From Bdellovibrionota bacterium FG-1 (lineage in GTDB: Bacteria > Bdellovibrionota > UBA1018): a stretch of 64,000 nt of DNA. Position 1 is the first letter of the stretch, and the number at the start of each line of letters is the position of its first letter. Shown here piece by piece: positions 1-9,757 of the stretch. The translations under genes were made by a program, and so were the position numbers. The notes below the pieces were generated by a model. It saw only the letters and a program-made list of their open reading frames with translations, did no database searches and had not been told where the DNA came from. The DNA lies in contig JBBCAW010000023.1 of NCBI GenBank assembly GCA_051382295.1, positions 1 to 64,000 of the forward strand. The letters are read 5' to 3'.

Positions 1-2
1 TA

Positions 3-2708
3 GGCGGAACCTTCTATACCGACGCATGCTCCACTCCTGCAGCAGGCTCGGCGATTACGATTGCTAATGGTGCGAACTCCGGCACGTTCTATTACAAGAG
101 CACGGGTTCGGGCGCGCGAAGTCTCACGGCCAGCGCCGCGAGTGGCGTGATTCTGTCCAATACCCTCGCCGCCACCGTCACCCCCAGTAAATTTGTCGTG
201 ACCGTCGTTGCGGCCAGCTTCGATAACGCCACTTGCGGCGGACCTTTTACGATTACCTCGCAGGACTCCACGAGCACCACAGCCAATGCGACCTCCACTC
301 TGACCGTAGATCTCAGTCAAACTGGGGGCGCTCATGGGGTGTTTTATAGCGACAATGTCTGCAGCGCGGGCATTTCTAGCAGGACCATCACCGCAGGGAC
401 AAGCACCGCCACCTTCTACTACAAAGACACCACTGCAAGCGAAACGCCGACGCTCACAGCCGCGGATCACGCGGGTTCGCTCACTTCGGGAACGGTGGGC
501 GTGACCATCACCGCACAAATCATCAATATCATTCAGAGTGGATTGGCCCTCAATTTGGACGCTTCACTCGGGGATGGTAGCGGATTTGTCGGCGCAGGAT
601 GTGGCACCACCACTTGGAAGGACCTCATCTCGAGCACCAACGCCACTCTCTCCAACTTCGCGGGGTGCGATGGTACAACGGGATGGAATGGAACAGGCAC
701 GGCCAACGACCCGTATCGCCTCAACTTCCCTGGCAATACCGACGATCACGTTCAATTTCCAACGATTAGCCTTCCGTCAGGAGTGACGGCTGAAGCCTGG
801 ATTTATCCGACCAACACCACAATGGATGGATTCATTGTTGAAAAGACAGCCGTCAATGCTGAATGGGAACTCTTTATCAGCACCAGCCAACTCATTTGGA
901 GGGGAGGAAGTAGTACTCTAGAAGTCCATGCCCCCGCTCCTTCCGCTAATGCCTGGCACCATGTTGTAGGCACTCAGAGCGGCACCACGGCAGCCATTTA
1001 CATTGATGGGGTGCTCGCGGCCTCTGGGACCGTAGCCGCAATCCCAAACGGAACTGGCACCATTCAAGTCGGAAATTTCGAAGCAGGAAGTTATTACTTT
1101 AGTGGCGGGATTGCAGCGGTTCGAGTCTATTCTGGAAAATTTTTAGCCAACCAAGTAGCTAGAAATTGCAATGCCCAAAAGTCCCATTTTTCGGGTGTGA
1201 CTTGTCCGACCATGACCACTCCGAGCACGATTACGATTACGCACGGATATATGGGTCTCAACAAGAACACGTGCGCCGCGCTAGACATCGTACTTAAGGA
1301 TGGAAGCGGCAACTTATCTGAGAGGATGTCCGCGACTCAGATCGATTTGAGTAACAATGGCTCAGCGATCTATTACAGTGATTCGAACTGCGCTACCCCC
1401 ATTACCTCAACCATTATTCCGGATGGTTTGAACACAAAAACCATTTATATCAAAGACACCACTGCGGAAACGCCGACGCTCACAGCTGCGGATCACGCGG
1501 GTTCGCTCACACCAGGGACCGTGGCCCTCATGGTTACCACCCCCATACCTCTTCTTGCAGGATTCTTTGGATCCACAATGGCGGTCATTAATGGCAAAGC
1601 TTATTGCATGGGAACGAATTTCTACGGCGCATGCGGAGTCGGCGCATATGTGGACGCCCCCCTCTATTCTCCAGTCGCTGTCAACAATGTCACCAGGGTG
1701 ACGGCCCTCATGTCAACAGATGGTGGCGCTTCAGTGCATTGCCTCGTGGACGACGGCAAGGCCAAATGCATGGGCTATGGAGTCATGGGAGATGGGAAGA
1801 CGGAAGGTTGCGCCTACGGCACGACCTGTACAGCCCTATCCCCGGTACAAGTTTCTGGATTGGACGCCAGCGGCGGGAGCTCAACGATCACCACCCAGGT
1901 TGCAGGATCGAGCAATAGCACATTTTGTGCATTGACACAAAATGGCGCTGTTCGCTGCTGGGGCAATAATGTCGGCGACGGCAGCACAACCTTTTCACTG
2001 ACGCCTGTTGCCACCACCCTGACCAGTGGAGTAACAAAGATTGCAGGCAGTCGTTCGAATGTTATGGCAGTCCAAAATGGAGCGCTTTATTACTGGGGCG
2101 ACACGCTACTCACCCCAACCCTAGTAACGACCTATGATGGATCAACTGCTGCCAAAACGGTGGTCGATGTCGCAGGTTCCAATAATCAAAATAATGCCGG
2201 TGGTGAACGATTTTGTGCAGTCACCGCCGATGGAGGCGCATCTTGCCAAGATGGCCTTCTAATTCTCCCCGCAGGATCCGGAGCCAGTAAAATTGTTGCC
2301 GGCGCGTCCCATTTTTGCGTCGTCTACACGGGCGGGGTAAGATGCGCAAATACCAGAGGAGGTCAATACTGGTCGCCTGTTGGAGACATATCCCTCGGAG
2401 ACAACGTCACATACAATCCCGGCAGAAGCGGAGACGCCACACATTTTATAACAGATATTAGCCAAGCTATTGGCTTGGTGCAAATCGGCCAAAGTGGAAC
2501 TCACAACAATGATGGAGTAGGCAGTCCGAGCACCTTTGCCTCGACCGATATTTTGGCCATCGGCACGGGATACGAGCATGTCTGCGTGATCACCGCTGGA
2601 AATATGATGAGCTGTTGGGGCGTTAATCACTATGGTGAAATGGGCACAGGCTCAACCGACAACACTGAATACCGCGTTGCCATACCGACAGTGACTGCTT
2701 GGCCGTAA
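3..2708 (+). CDS. Large secreted/surface protein, 5'-truncated by the window: repeated Thr-rich Ig-like modules, LamG/ConA-like domain, C-terminal RCC1-like repeats
   Basis: Frame is open from base 3, upstream of the called GTG at 147. Motifs: repeated 'FYxD..C...I..G...FYYK', LamG-like 'WHHVVGT...IYIDG', RCC1-like 'VRCWG' and 'SCWGVNHYGEMG'. Confidence 0.8.
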   Translation, partial: GGTFYTDACSTPAAGSAITIANGANSGTFYYKSTGSGARSLTASAASGVILSNTLAATVTPSKFVVTVVAASFDNATCGGPFTITSQDSTSTTANATSTLTVDLSQTGGAHGVFYSDNVCSAGISSRTITAGTSTATFYYKDTTASETPTLTAADHAGSLTSGTVGVTITAQIINIIQSGLALNLDASLGDGSGFVGAGCGTTTWKDLISSTNATLSNFAGCDGTTGWNGTGTANDPYRLNFPGNTDDHVQFPTISLPSGVTAEAWIYPTNTTMDGFIVEKTAVNAEWELFISTSQLIWRGGSSTLEVHAPAPSANAWHHVVGTQSGTTAAIYIDGVLAASGTVAAIPNGTGTIQVGNFEAGSYYFSGGIAAVRVYSGKFLANQVARNCNAQKSHFSGVTCPTMTTPSTITITHGYMGLNKNTCAALDIVLKDGSGNLSERMSATQIDLSNNGSAIYYSDSNCATPITSTIIPDGLNTKTIYIKDTTAETPTLTAADHAGSLTPGTVALMVTTPIPLLAGFFGSTMAVINGKAYCMGTNFYGACGVGAYVDAPLYSPVAVNNVTRVTALMSTDGGASVHCLVDDGKAKCMGYGVMGDGKTEGCAYGTTCTALSPVQVSGLDASGGSSTITTQVAGSSNSTFCALTQNGAVRCWGNNVGDGSTTFSLTPVATTLTSGVTKIAGSRSNVMAVQNGALYYWGDTLLTPTLVTTYDGSTAAKTVVDVAGSNNQNNAGGERFCAVTADGGASCQDGLLILPAGSGASKIVAGASHFCVVYTGGVRCANTRGGQYWSPVGDISLGDNVTYNPGRSGDATHFITDISQAIGLVQIGQSGTHNNDGVGSPSTFASTDILAIGTGYEHVCVITAGNMMSCWGVNHYGEMGTGSTDNTEYRVAIPTVTAWP
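422..1510 (+). repeat. Intragenic ~60 bp near-identical repeat, copies at ~422-484 and ~1451-1510
   Basis: CAAAGACACCACTGC..GAAACGCCGACGCTCACAGC(C/T)GCGGATCACGCGGGTTCGCTCAC occurs twice, encoding KDTTA(S)ETPTLTAADHAGSLT. Confidence 0.9.
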
Positions 2709-2711
2709 TGT

Positions 2712-2750
2712 CCCTACGCCCCCTCGCCCACCACGGAGGGATTGGTATCA
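2712..2750 (-). repeat. 39-bp duplicate of the 3' end of the ppiD-like gene (other copy 3231-3269)
   Basis: CCCTACGCCCCCTCGCCCACCAC(GGA/CGC)GGGATTGGTATCA, 37/39 identical between copies. Confidence 0.95.
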
Positions 2751-2758
2751 GGAAAAAA

Positions 2759-3001
2759 TCACGCAACGTCTTCGTGTTTTTTCTTGTGAAGCTCGCTCAG
2801 GTTAAGAACCTGAACCTCGATCACACGGCCCTTCTTATCCTCGCAAAACACAAAGCCGTCCTTCGCGTACGATTTTGCTTCAATACCCGGCGCTAACTTA
2901 ATCGAAGCAAAATCAGCTTCAGCGTCCACCAAAATCTGCGGAAAGACTTGAACCGCGTCTACTTTTTTTCGAAGTGAACCATTACGGTGAGCACGACCCA
3001 T
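2759..3001 (-). CDS. DUF2283-like small protein, putative antitoxin (true start probably nearer 2940-2960)
   Basis: 'VDAEADFASIKL...FCEDKKGRVIEVQVLN' fits the DUF2283 pattern (D.EAD.AYI...D..GR..GIEIL). Directly follows a DUF4258-like gene. Confidence 0.6.
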   Translation of the reverse strand: MGRAHRNGSLRKKVDAVQVFPQILVDAEADFASIKLAPGIEAKSYAKDGFVFCEDKKGRVIEVQVLNLSELHKKKHEDVA

Positions 3002-3219
3002 AATTCTTGTTCCTTTCTTTCGAGCAATACCGCCGCAACCAGATTATCATCCCGGTGCTTAAATGTTTTACCCAAAATCCACTTTGGCCCCTGAGGAAGC
3101 TCAAGATCTGGAGATTCAATCACCTCGGCAAGGTCTGCAGCACTGATTTTTCTTTCCTGAATGCGCTCAAGAGCATGCAGCGAGAGAACCCAACGACTGA
3201 TTTTTGGACCTTCCATCAT
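2959..3219 (-). CDS. DUF4258-like (RelE/BrnT-fold) putative toxin
   Basis: 'LSLHALERIQERKIS..DL.EVIE.PD' and terminal 'VVLTVM'. ATG at 3219, just after the ppiD stop. Confidence 0.7.
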   Translation of the reverse strand: MMEGPKISRWVLSLHALERIQERKISAADLAEVIESPDLELPQGPKWILGKTFKHRDDNLVAAVLLERKEQELWVVLTVMVHFEKK

Positions 3220-3232
3220 TCGCCCCCAAGCC

Positions 3233-4462
3233 CTACGCCCCCTCGCCCACCACCGCGGGATTGGTATCAATCTTAGCCTTGGCCACGAGCTTTTTGAGCC
3301 ACTCGTCGTAGATTTCACGCTGTTTACGCGTGGTGATCTGACGGATCAACTGGCCCCGTTCGGTAGCGAGCTTAGCCAGATCGGGCTTCTGAGCTTCGGT
3401 CACAAGAGCGACCAAGACCCAGTTAGCTGAAACATACTTCTTAGCCTTGCCGCCCTGAGCGGGATCAATCGGAGATTTCGCCGCAAAGGCGTCTGCCAAA
3501 AGCTCTTTAGCCTCGCCGACCCCCGGAATATAAGAACTTTGACGGGTCACAAATCCCGTCTTCTTGACTTCGACATGATAAGTCTTCAAGAGTGCATTGA
3601 CTTTGGCGTCGGATGACTTATCAGCCGTCAGCAGGGCGACCGCTTCATCGCCAAGCTTTTCGTTGACCTTTTTGATTTCGCCCGTTTTTTCACTCGCTAA
3701 GATGTCACGAGCAATCTGATTTTTGGCAATATCAAAAGCCATACCTTTGAATTCTTTATCTTTTTTCATCTCAAACTGACTTTTAGCGAGATTCAGTTTG
3801 GCGGGATCCGCCAAAAACTTCTCCATCTCTTTCGGATCAATTTGAACCCCTTGACGCCCTGCTTCAGTAGTTAAAAGGACATATTTAATATCCCGCTTAT
3901 CTTGAGTCAGCAAAAACTGTTGCTTGAGCTCAGCATCAGCCACTTTGACGCGGGCTTGAAAATAACTCTGCCAGCCTTGCATCGAAATATCTTCGCGAAC
4001 CATCCGCTCAAAAGAGCCAACCGTGTATTGATTGGCTTCAAGTACTTGCTTATACGTGGCTAAATCGAATTTGCTTTCCTTTTGAAAAGCCGGAATTTCA
4101 CGAATTCGATCCCGAACTTCTTCGTCCGAGGCTTCCATAGACTGCTTGGAAGACTCCTGAACCATGAGCTTACGCCGCACCAAGTCTTGAAATACCCCTT
4201 CTTTGACGCGAAACTGTTTGAGCTGCTCATCCGTAAACTTGCCGCCCCCCATATTCTTAAAGAACTCCATCCGCTGATTCAGGGCTCGATTAAACTCTGC
4301 AATCGAAATGGGATCCCCATTCACAGTGCCCGCTACAGCCCCTTCGTGGAGCCCTCGAGTTGACTTGGGATTAAATACGCCAGAGACGATAAAGACAAAG
4401 GCGATGAATCCAATGATCGCTCCGCTCACTACGGTACTGTATTTTCCACGTGCCCATTGCAT
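3233..4462 (-). CDS. PpiD/SurA N-terminal-domain periplasmic chaperone
   Basis: N-terminal TM, 'AGTVNGDPIS..EF', 'IPAFQ..KFD..Y'. GGAGG Shine-Dalgarno upstream of ATG 4462. Confidence 0.8.
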   Translation of the reverse strand: MQWARGKYSTVVSGAIIGFIAFVFIVSGVFNPKSTRGLHEGAVAGTVNGDPISIAEFNRALNQRMEFFKNMGGGKFTDEQLKQFRVKEGVFQDLVRRKLMVQESSKQSMEASDEEVRDRIREIPAFQKESKFDLATYKQVLEANQYTVGSFERMVREDISMQGWQSYFQARVKVADAELKQQFLLTQDKRDIKYVLLTTEAGRQGVQIDPKEMEKFLADPAKLNLAKSQFEMKKDKEFKGMAFDIAKNQIARDILASEKTGEIKKVNEKLGDEAVALLTADKSSDAKVNALLKTYHVEVKKTGFVTRQSSYIPGVGEAKELLADAFAAKSPIDPAQGGKAKKYVSANWVLVALVTEAQKPDLAKLATERGQLIRQITTRKQREIYDEWLKKLVAKAKIDTNPAVVGEGA

Positions 4463-4530
4463 TCAGTTTTCCTCCATGCTTGCAATCAGTAATTGAGATA
4501 GCTACCATCCTTAAAACAGATCCAGGGACT

Positions 4531-5436
4531 ATGTTCAAATATATAAGAGAATACCGGTTCTACATCATCCTTTTTATGTTCGTCCTCATCCCCGTGATGT
4601 TGATCGACACGACAACACGGGCGCCGAGAGACCGGCGCTTCTACGACCGGGCCGTGGTAGCCTTTACAGCCCCCGTCCAGATCATCATCAGTTGGTCGCT
4701 CGACCACCTGGCCTCGAGCTTTCAGAACTACCTTTACCTTTTGCGAACTCGTCAAGAAAATCTCGGTTTACTCGATGAAAATCGCAAACTATTAAATGAA
4801 ATCGCTAGCCTTCGTGAAACCCAACAAGAAAATTTAAGGTTACGAAAACTCCTGTCCTTCGAAGAAAAAATTCAAATTCACACCGTCGTAACGCGCGTCA
4901 TCGCTCGCGACGTTTCAACCGAATTTCGAGCCATCCGGATCAACCGCGGCGAAAACGCCGGACTTCGAAAAAATATGGCCGTCGTAACCAATGAGGGAGT
5001 CATTGGCCGCATTCTTCGCACCACGGCCACCACCGCTGATGTGGTCACTATTATGGATTCCAACTCGGCGATTGATGCCATCGACGAGCGATCACGTGCT
5101 CGTGGAGTCGTAGAAGGAATGACCGACGACAACTGTCAACTTCGCTTTGTTTTGCGAACTGATGACATTCAACCTGGCGATGTCATGGTGTCCAGTGGGC
5201 TCGGAGGCACTTTTCCCAAGGGCGTGCCCGTGGGCGTAGTCTCAAAAGTCAATCGCAAGCCATTCGGAATAACACAGGATGTCGAAATCAAGCCCAGTGT
5301 CGATTTTTCCAAACTTGAAGAGGTCTTAGTCATCACGGGAACCAATACCAACGATCCACTCTTTAATGAACTCACAGAATTGCTCCAGGGTCCGGCCGGT
5401 TCTGCAGGATCGACAGCCAAAAAGGGCACCCCATGA
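4531..5436 (+). CDS. mreC: Rod shape-determining protein MreC
   Basis: TM, coiled coil 'ENLRLRKLL', 'SSGLGGTFPKGVPVG', 'PSVDFSKLEEV'. Start taken at ATG 4531. Confidence 0.92.
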   Translation: MFKYIREYRFYIILFMFVLIPVMLIDTTTRAPRDRRFYDRAVVAFTAPVQIIISWSLDHLASSFQNYLYLLRTRQENLGLLDENRKLLNEIASLRETQQENLRLRKLLSFEEKIQIHTVVTRVIARDVSTEFRAIRINRGENAGLRKNMAVVTNEGVIGRILRTTATTADVVTIMDSNSAIDAIDERSRARGVVEGMTDDNCQLRFVLRTDDIQPGDVMVSSGLGGTFPKGVPVGVVSKVNRKPFGITQDVEIKPSVDFSKLEEVLVITGTNTNDPLFNELTELLQGPAGSAGSTAKKGTP

Positions 5437-6011
5437 CGCGGATCGTTCTTCGTTTTTTAAATTTTCCAGGCCTCATTTTCCTAACTCTCATCGCGATCGG
5501 GATTCAAACCTCGCTTTTTGCATTCTGGCCCCTCCATTACATACAACCCGATGTCGTCTTGCTCGTGGTCATCTGGGCATCTCTCAAACGAGGGCTCTGG
5601 GAAGGCGGCTGGATCACTTTGTTTGCTGCTGACTTTGCCGAACTTCACAGTGCCGCACCCCAGGGGATGTTCCTCCTCACCTACATGGCCGTATTTTTAG
5701 GCGTTCGGGGTCTGTCTCGAATGATTGTTATTCCCAACATCCACGCCCTAGTACTCGTCACGATGTTCATTTCTATTTTTTGGAAACTCGCCTCCTTGGG
5801 AGTGCTTCATTTGCTCGGCGCCAGTGGTAACCAATGGCGACACACATTGCTTTTCCTTTTTCCGGGCGCCATTGTCGAAAGCTTCGCCGGTATTTGGGTC
5901 TACCGGGGCCTTGAAAAATACGATTGGCTTACTTTTAAAAGACCCCACAACGAATATTCAGCGCAAGACACAGAAGAGGAGCTCTACTTGTACGAGGGGG
6001 AAGGTATTTAA
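5433..6011 (+). CDS. mreD: MreD-like membrane protein
   Basis: Multi-TM protein with 'PDVVLLVVIW', between mreC and mrdA, ATGA overlap with mreC. Confidence 0.75.
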   Translation: MTRIVLRFLNFPGLIFLTLIAIGIQTSLFAFWPLHYIQPDVVLLVVIWASLKRGLWEGGWITLFAADFAELHSAAPQGMFLLTYMAVFLGVRGLSRMIVIPNIHALVLVTMFISIFWKLASLGVLHLLGASGNQWRHTLLFLFPGAIVESFAGIWVYRGLEKYDWLTFKRPHNEYSAQDTEEELYLYEGEGI

Positions 6012-6014
6012 GGC

Positions 6015-8132
6015 ATGGCATTTCTTGGACAAGAAGAACAAATTCGGGAATTTCAGGATCGATTTCGATACCTGTATGCGATCGTGTTTCTTTGTCTGGG
6101 TCTTTTAATGAGCCGCCTGGTCTACCTTCAAGTTCTGAGAGGAGACCAGATGCGTCACTACTCAGAAGAAAACCGCATCAAGCGCGTCAAAGTAGCGGCC
6201 CCCCGCGGAATGATCTTTGACCGCAATCGCAAACTTTTGATCGATAATCGTCCGGCTTTCGATTTGGAAGTCATTCCTCAATATCTTAAGGAATCCCATC
6301 AACAAGACACCGTGATCAAAATGATCGCTAAGCTCATTCAGATCCAAGAAGACGATATCCAAGATATTCTTGATAAGGCGAGCTCCCAACCCTCGTTTAT
6401 GCCCGTTAAAATCAAGACGGACCTTTCCCGAGATGAAGTCGCGGCCATCGAATCGTGGAAAATCGCGATGCCCGGCGTTGAAGTCCGGCAGGAAATTAAA
6501 CGAACCAATGTCTTTGGCGAAATCGGGGCACATCTTCTCGGCTACATCGGCGAAGTCAACTCGGCCGAACTCCCCATTCACAACAAACACAATCCCGGCC
6601 GCTATAAAGTGGGCGACTCCCTCGGAAAATTCGGACTCGAACAAAAACAAGAAGAATACCTCCGTGGAATCGACGGCGAAGAAATCAAAGAAGTCGATGC
6701 CCTAGGACGCATCAAGCTCGACAAAAGTAAGGGGCGCGTTTTGGACTCCACGCCAGGTCGCGTGGCAGTGCCGGGAAAAAACCTCATCCTCACGATTGAT
6801 CAAGACCTTCAATTGGCTGCCATGAAGGCTTTCGGCGATAAAATCGGATCCATGGTGGCGATCGATCCACGCAATGGCGAAGTCCTGGCCATGTTGTCAC
6901 GCCCCGCGTTTGATCCTACCGAATTTTCGCGAGGGATACCGGCTGCAATCTGGAATAAGCTCCTCAATAACAGCAACCGCCCTTTGAGCGACAAAACCAT
7001 TCAAGATCACTATCCGCCGGGCTCTGCCTTTAAACCCGTCACCGCGATTGCGGGTCTACAAGAAGGGGTCATCGACGAGCATACGACTTTTCACTGTACG
7101 GGTAGTCTCAGAGTAGGAAATCGCATCTATCACTGCCATAAAAAAGGCGGCCACGGCACCGTCAACGTGGTCAGCGCAATCACCGAGTCTTGCGACGTAT
7201 TTTTTTACCACGTGGCGCAAAAGCTCAAAAGCGTCGACGATTTAGCCAAATGGGCTATGCACTTGGGTTTGGGCCGAAAAACGGGAATTACCTTGGCGCG
7301 CGAAGTGCCGGGCTTGATTCCGACCGAAGAATGGAAAGAAAAGCGCTTTCACCAACCCTGGAACGGCGGCGAAACTGTCAACGTGGCCATTGGTCAAGGT
7401 TATGTGCTCACCACCGCCATCCAGCTCGCCAACTTGTACGCGGCGATTGGAAATGGCGGTTCGCTCTACCGGCCCTTTATTGTCAAACAAATCGAATCAT
7501 ACGAAGGTCAGATCATCAGGGAGTTTCAGCCCGAATCGCTTGACCGAACTATTCTTAATCCCAAAACCGTCGAACTTGTCAGACAAGGTTTGTGGGGTGT
7601 CATCAATAGTCCGCATGGCACGGCTTATTCACAACGTCTGCCCGGGATGGATTTTGTCGGCAAAACAGGAACCGCGCAAGTCATCCGTTTTGCGGCCGAC
7701 AAAGTCATGGGACTCAAATGCGAAAGTCTTAAATTTCAAGACCGGCACCACGCCCTCTTTGTGGGCTTCGCACCGGCCAAAGACCCCCTCATCGCCGTGG
7801 CGGTCATCGCCGAACACGGATGCCATGGAGGGGTAAACGCGGCCCCCATCGCTCGTGCGGTCATCAAGACTTATCTCGAAAAGACCTTCCCTGACATTTA
7901 CGGCGAAAAAGCTATCGCGGCACGTCTCAAAGCGGCTGGCCAACCTGTCAACTTTCCACGCAAACCCATGCCTGAAGCAGCGGACGATGATGAAGATATT
8001 GTTGGAAACAGTGACAATCCGATTTTACCCGAAACGACTACCCTTCCTCCTCACGGACCTTTAAGCCTTCCGGCCTCCGGAAATCGCACTCAGGAAGTGC
8101 CAGGCGAAATCACTGGAGAGACTGACGAATGA
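6015..8132 (+). CDS. mrdA: Penicillin-binding protein 2
   Basis: '[10 protein letters not shown]', SxxK (SAFK), SxD (SCD) and KTG motifs. Confidence 0.95.
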   Translation: MAFLGQEEQIREFQDRFRYLYAIVFLCLGLLMSRLVYLQVLRGDQMRHYSEENRIKRVKVAAPRGMIFDRNRKLLIDNRPAFDLEVIPQYLKESHQQDTVIKMIAKLIQIQEDDIQDILDKASSQPSFMPVKIKTDLSRDEVAAIESWKIAMPGVEVRQEIKRTNVFGEIGAHLLGYIGEVNSAELPIHNKHNPGRYKVGDSLGKFGLEQKQEEYLRGIDGEEIKEVDALGRIKLDKSKGRVLDSTPGRVAVPGKNLILTIDQDLQLAAMKAFGDKIGSMVAIDPRNGEVLAMLSRPAFDPTEFSRGIPAAIWNKLLNNSNRPLSDKTIQDHYPPGSAFKPVTAIAGLQEGVIDEHTTFHCTGSLRVGNRIYHCHKKGGHGTVNVVSAITESCDVFFYHVAQKLKSVDDLAKWAMHLGLGRKTGITLAREVPGLIPTEEWKEKRFHQPWNGGETVNVAIGQGYVLTTAIQLANLYAAIGNGGSLYRPFIVKQIESYEGQIIREFQPESLDRTILNPKTVELVRQGLWGVINSPHGTAYSQRLPGMDFVGKTGTAQVIRFAADKVMGLKCESLKFQDRHHALFVGFAPAKDPLIAVAVIAEHGCHGGVNAAPIARAVIKTYLEKTFPDIYGEKAIAARLKAAGQPVNFPRKPMPEAADDDEDIVGNSDNPILPETTTLPPHGPLSLPASGNRTQEVPGEITGETDE

Positions 8133-9286
8133 CACACTCCTGGACCGAAACCCCGATCTCGCTTGACGAAGGCTCGATGCGCGTCGGAATGTACGAAGAA
8201 GAGCTCAAAAAATTCAACGGCAATATGTTGATTTTGGAGTTCCTTCTTTTTGGAATCGGAATCTGGAACCTGATTAGCGCCACAGGGGTCCAAGACAAAT
8301 CCCTTGGGTTATATAAAACCCAGCTCATGTATTTTGGGATGGGCCTAGGACTGACAGCCCTGATCGTCTTCTTTTTGCATTATTCACTTCTCTCGCGACT
8401 GGGCTACGTCCTTTATTTTTTCAATGTTTTTTTGCTTGCCATGGTTTTGGTGGCCGGCAAATCCAGCTTGGGAGCCAAACGTTGGATTGGCCTGGGAGCC
8501 TTTCGAATTCAGCCCTCAGAATTCATGAAGCTTTCCATGGTCGTCTGTCTCGCCAAATACTTTGAGACCGATCGCACGGTGGGCGGCTATGGTTTCAAGG
8601 ATCTTTTGCTTCCCACTTTTTTGGTTTTGATCCCCGCTGGCTTAATCATGATGCAACCCGATTTAGGAACCGCGCTCATTATTTTGGCGACTTTCGGAAG
8701 CATGATGCTCTTTATGCGCATCAAAAAGCAGGTCATTATCACGGTCGCCCTTTGTATTGTCATTGCCTTGCCCGCCGTGTACAAATTTGGCCTCAAACCC
8801 TATCAACGCCAACGTATTGTTTCATTTATTGACCCCTGGTCTGACACCAAGGGATCGGGCTACAACTCCATTCAGTCCATGATTGCAGTCGGCAGCGGCC
8901 AGATTTGGGGCAAAGGCTACCGCAAGGGAACCCAGAGCCAACTCAACTTTTTACCTGAACACCATACGGATTTTATTTTTTCGGTGTTTAGCGAAGAACA
9001 CGGCTTTGTGGGATCGATGATCCTCTTGACGCTTTATATGTTCTTTTTGCTCAATGGCATGTCCGTGGCCTATCAATCCCATGACAAATTTGGGATTCTG
9101 CTCGCCTTTGGGATTATCACGATCTTTTTTTGGCACATCTTCATCAACATGGGGATGGTGATGGGAATTCTTCCCATCGTGGGCGTACCGCTTCCCTTTT
9201 TAAGTTATGGCGGATCGGCCCTGATTACTGCCATGCTGGGTGTCGCGATTTTGACGAATATCGCGAACAAAAAATTCATGTTCTAA
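8129..9286 (+). CDS. rodA: SEDS glycosyltransferase RodA
   Basis: 'GAKRWI', 'QPSEFMK', 'QPDLGT', '[10 protein letters not shown]', 'PFLSYGGS'. Confidence 0.95.
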   Translation: MTHSWTETPISLDEGSMRVGMYEEELKKFNGNMLILEFLLFGIGIWNLISATGVQDKSLGLYKTQLMYFGMGLGLTALIVFFLHYSLLSRLGYVLYFFNVFLLAMVLVAGKSSLGAKRWIGLGAFRIQPSEFMKLSMVVCLAKYFETDRTVGGYGFKDLLLPTFLVLIPAGLIMMQPDLGTALIILATFGSMMLFMRIKKQVIITVALCIVIALPAVYKFGLKPYQRQRIVSFIDPWSDTKGSGYNSIQSMIAVGSGQIWGKGYRKGTQSQLNFLPEHHTDFIFSVFSEEHGFVGSMILLTLYMFFLLNGMSVAYQSHDKFGILLAFGIITIFFWHIFINMGMVMGILPIVGVPLPFLSYGGSALITAMLGVAILTNIANKKFMF

Positions 9287-9314
9287 GTGCGGCGGACGGT
9301 GTTAAACTGAGTCT

Positions 9315-9665
9315 ATGCGCAAAATCATAGATCAACAGTCACTTCGGTTTGCAGTCCTCGCAGGCGCCGCCTTTATGGGGTTAGGGATGGCAATGCCCAG
9401 TTGCCCCGGTCAACAAGAAATGAAAGACCAAATGACGGCCCTTCAAACAGCCAATGATGGCCTCAATAAACGGGTTCAAACCCTCACGGGCCAAGTCACG
9501 CAACTCAACACTGAAATGAGCCAGGTCAAACAACTCCTCCAGCCCATGGCCAATGCCATCCAAGCCCAAAAAACCGCAATGGATCAGCTCGATGCCAACA
9601 TGAAGACGCTTGCAGGCAAAGGCGGGGCGGGCAAAGGAAAAGCTGTGGCGAAGAAGAAGCGGTAA
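9315..9665 (+). CDS. Small coiled-coil exported protein / possible lipoprotein with Lys-rich tail
   Basis: Hydrophobic N-terminus ending 'MPSC', heptad-rich core, 'GKGKAVAKKKR' tail. Confidence 0.65.
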   Translation: MRKIIDQQSLRFAVLAGAAFMGLGMAMPSCPGQQEMKDQMTALQTANDGLNKRVQTLTGQVTQLNTEMSQVKQLLQPMANAIQAQKTAMDQLDANMKTLAGKGGAGKGKAVAKKKR

Positions 9666-9757
9666 ACCTGGTAGGATTTTCCTTCCACATTGATGTAAAA
9701 CTGGTTGCTTTTCCATTCCACTTTTGACATTCTCAGTAGTAGCTATTGAGGTTAAAA

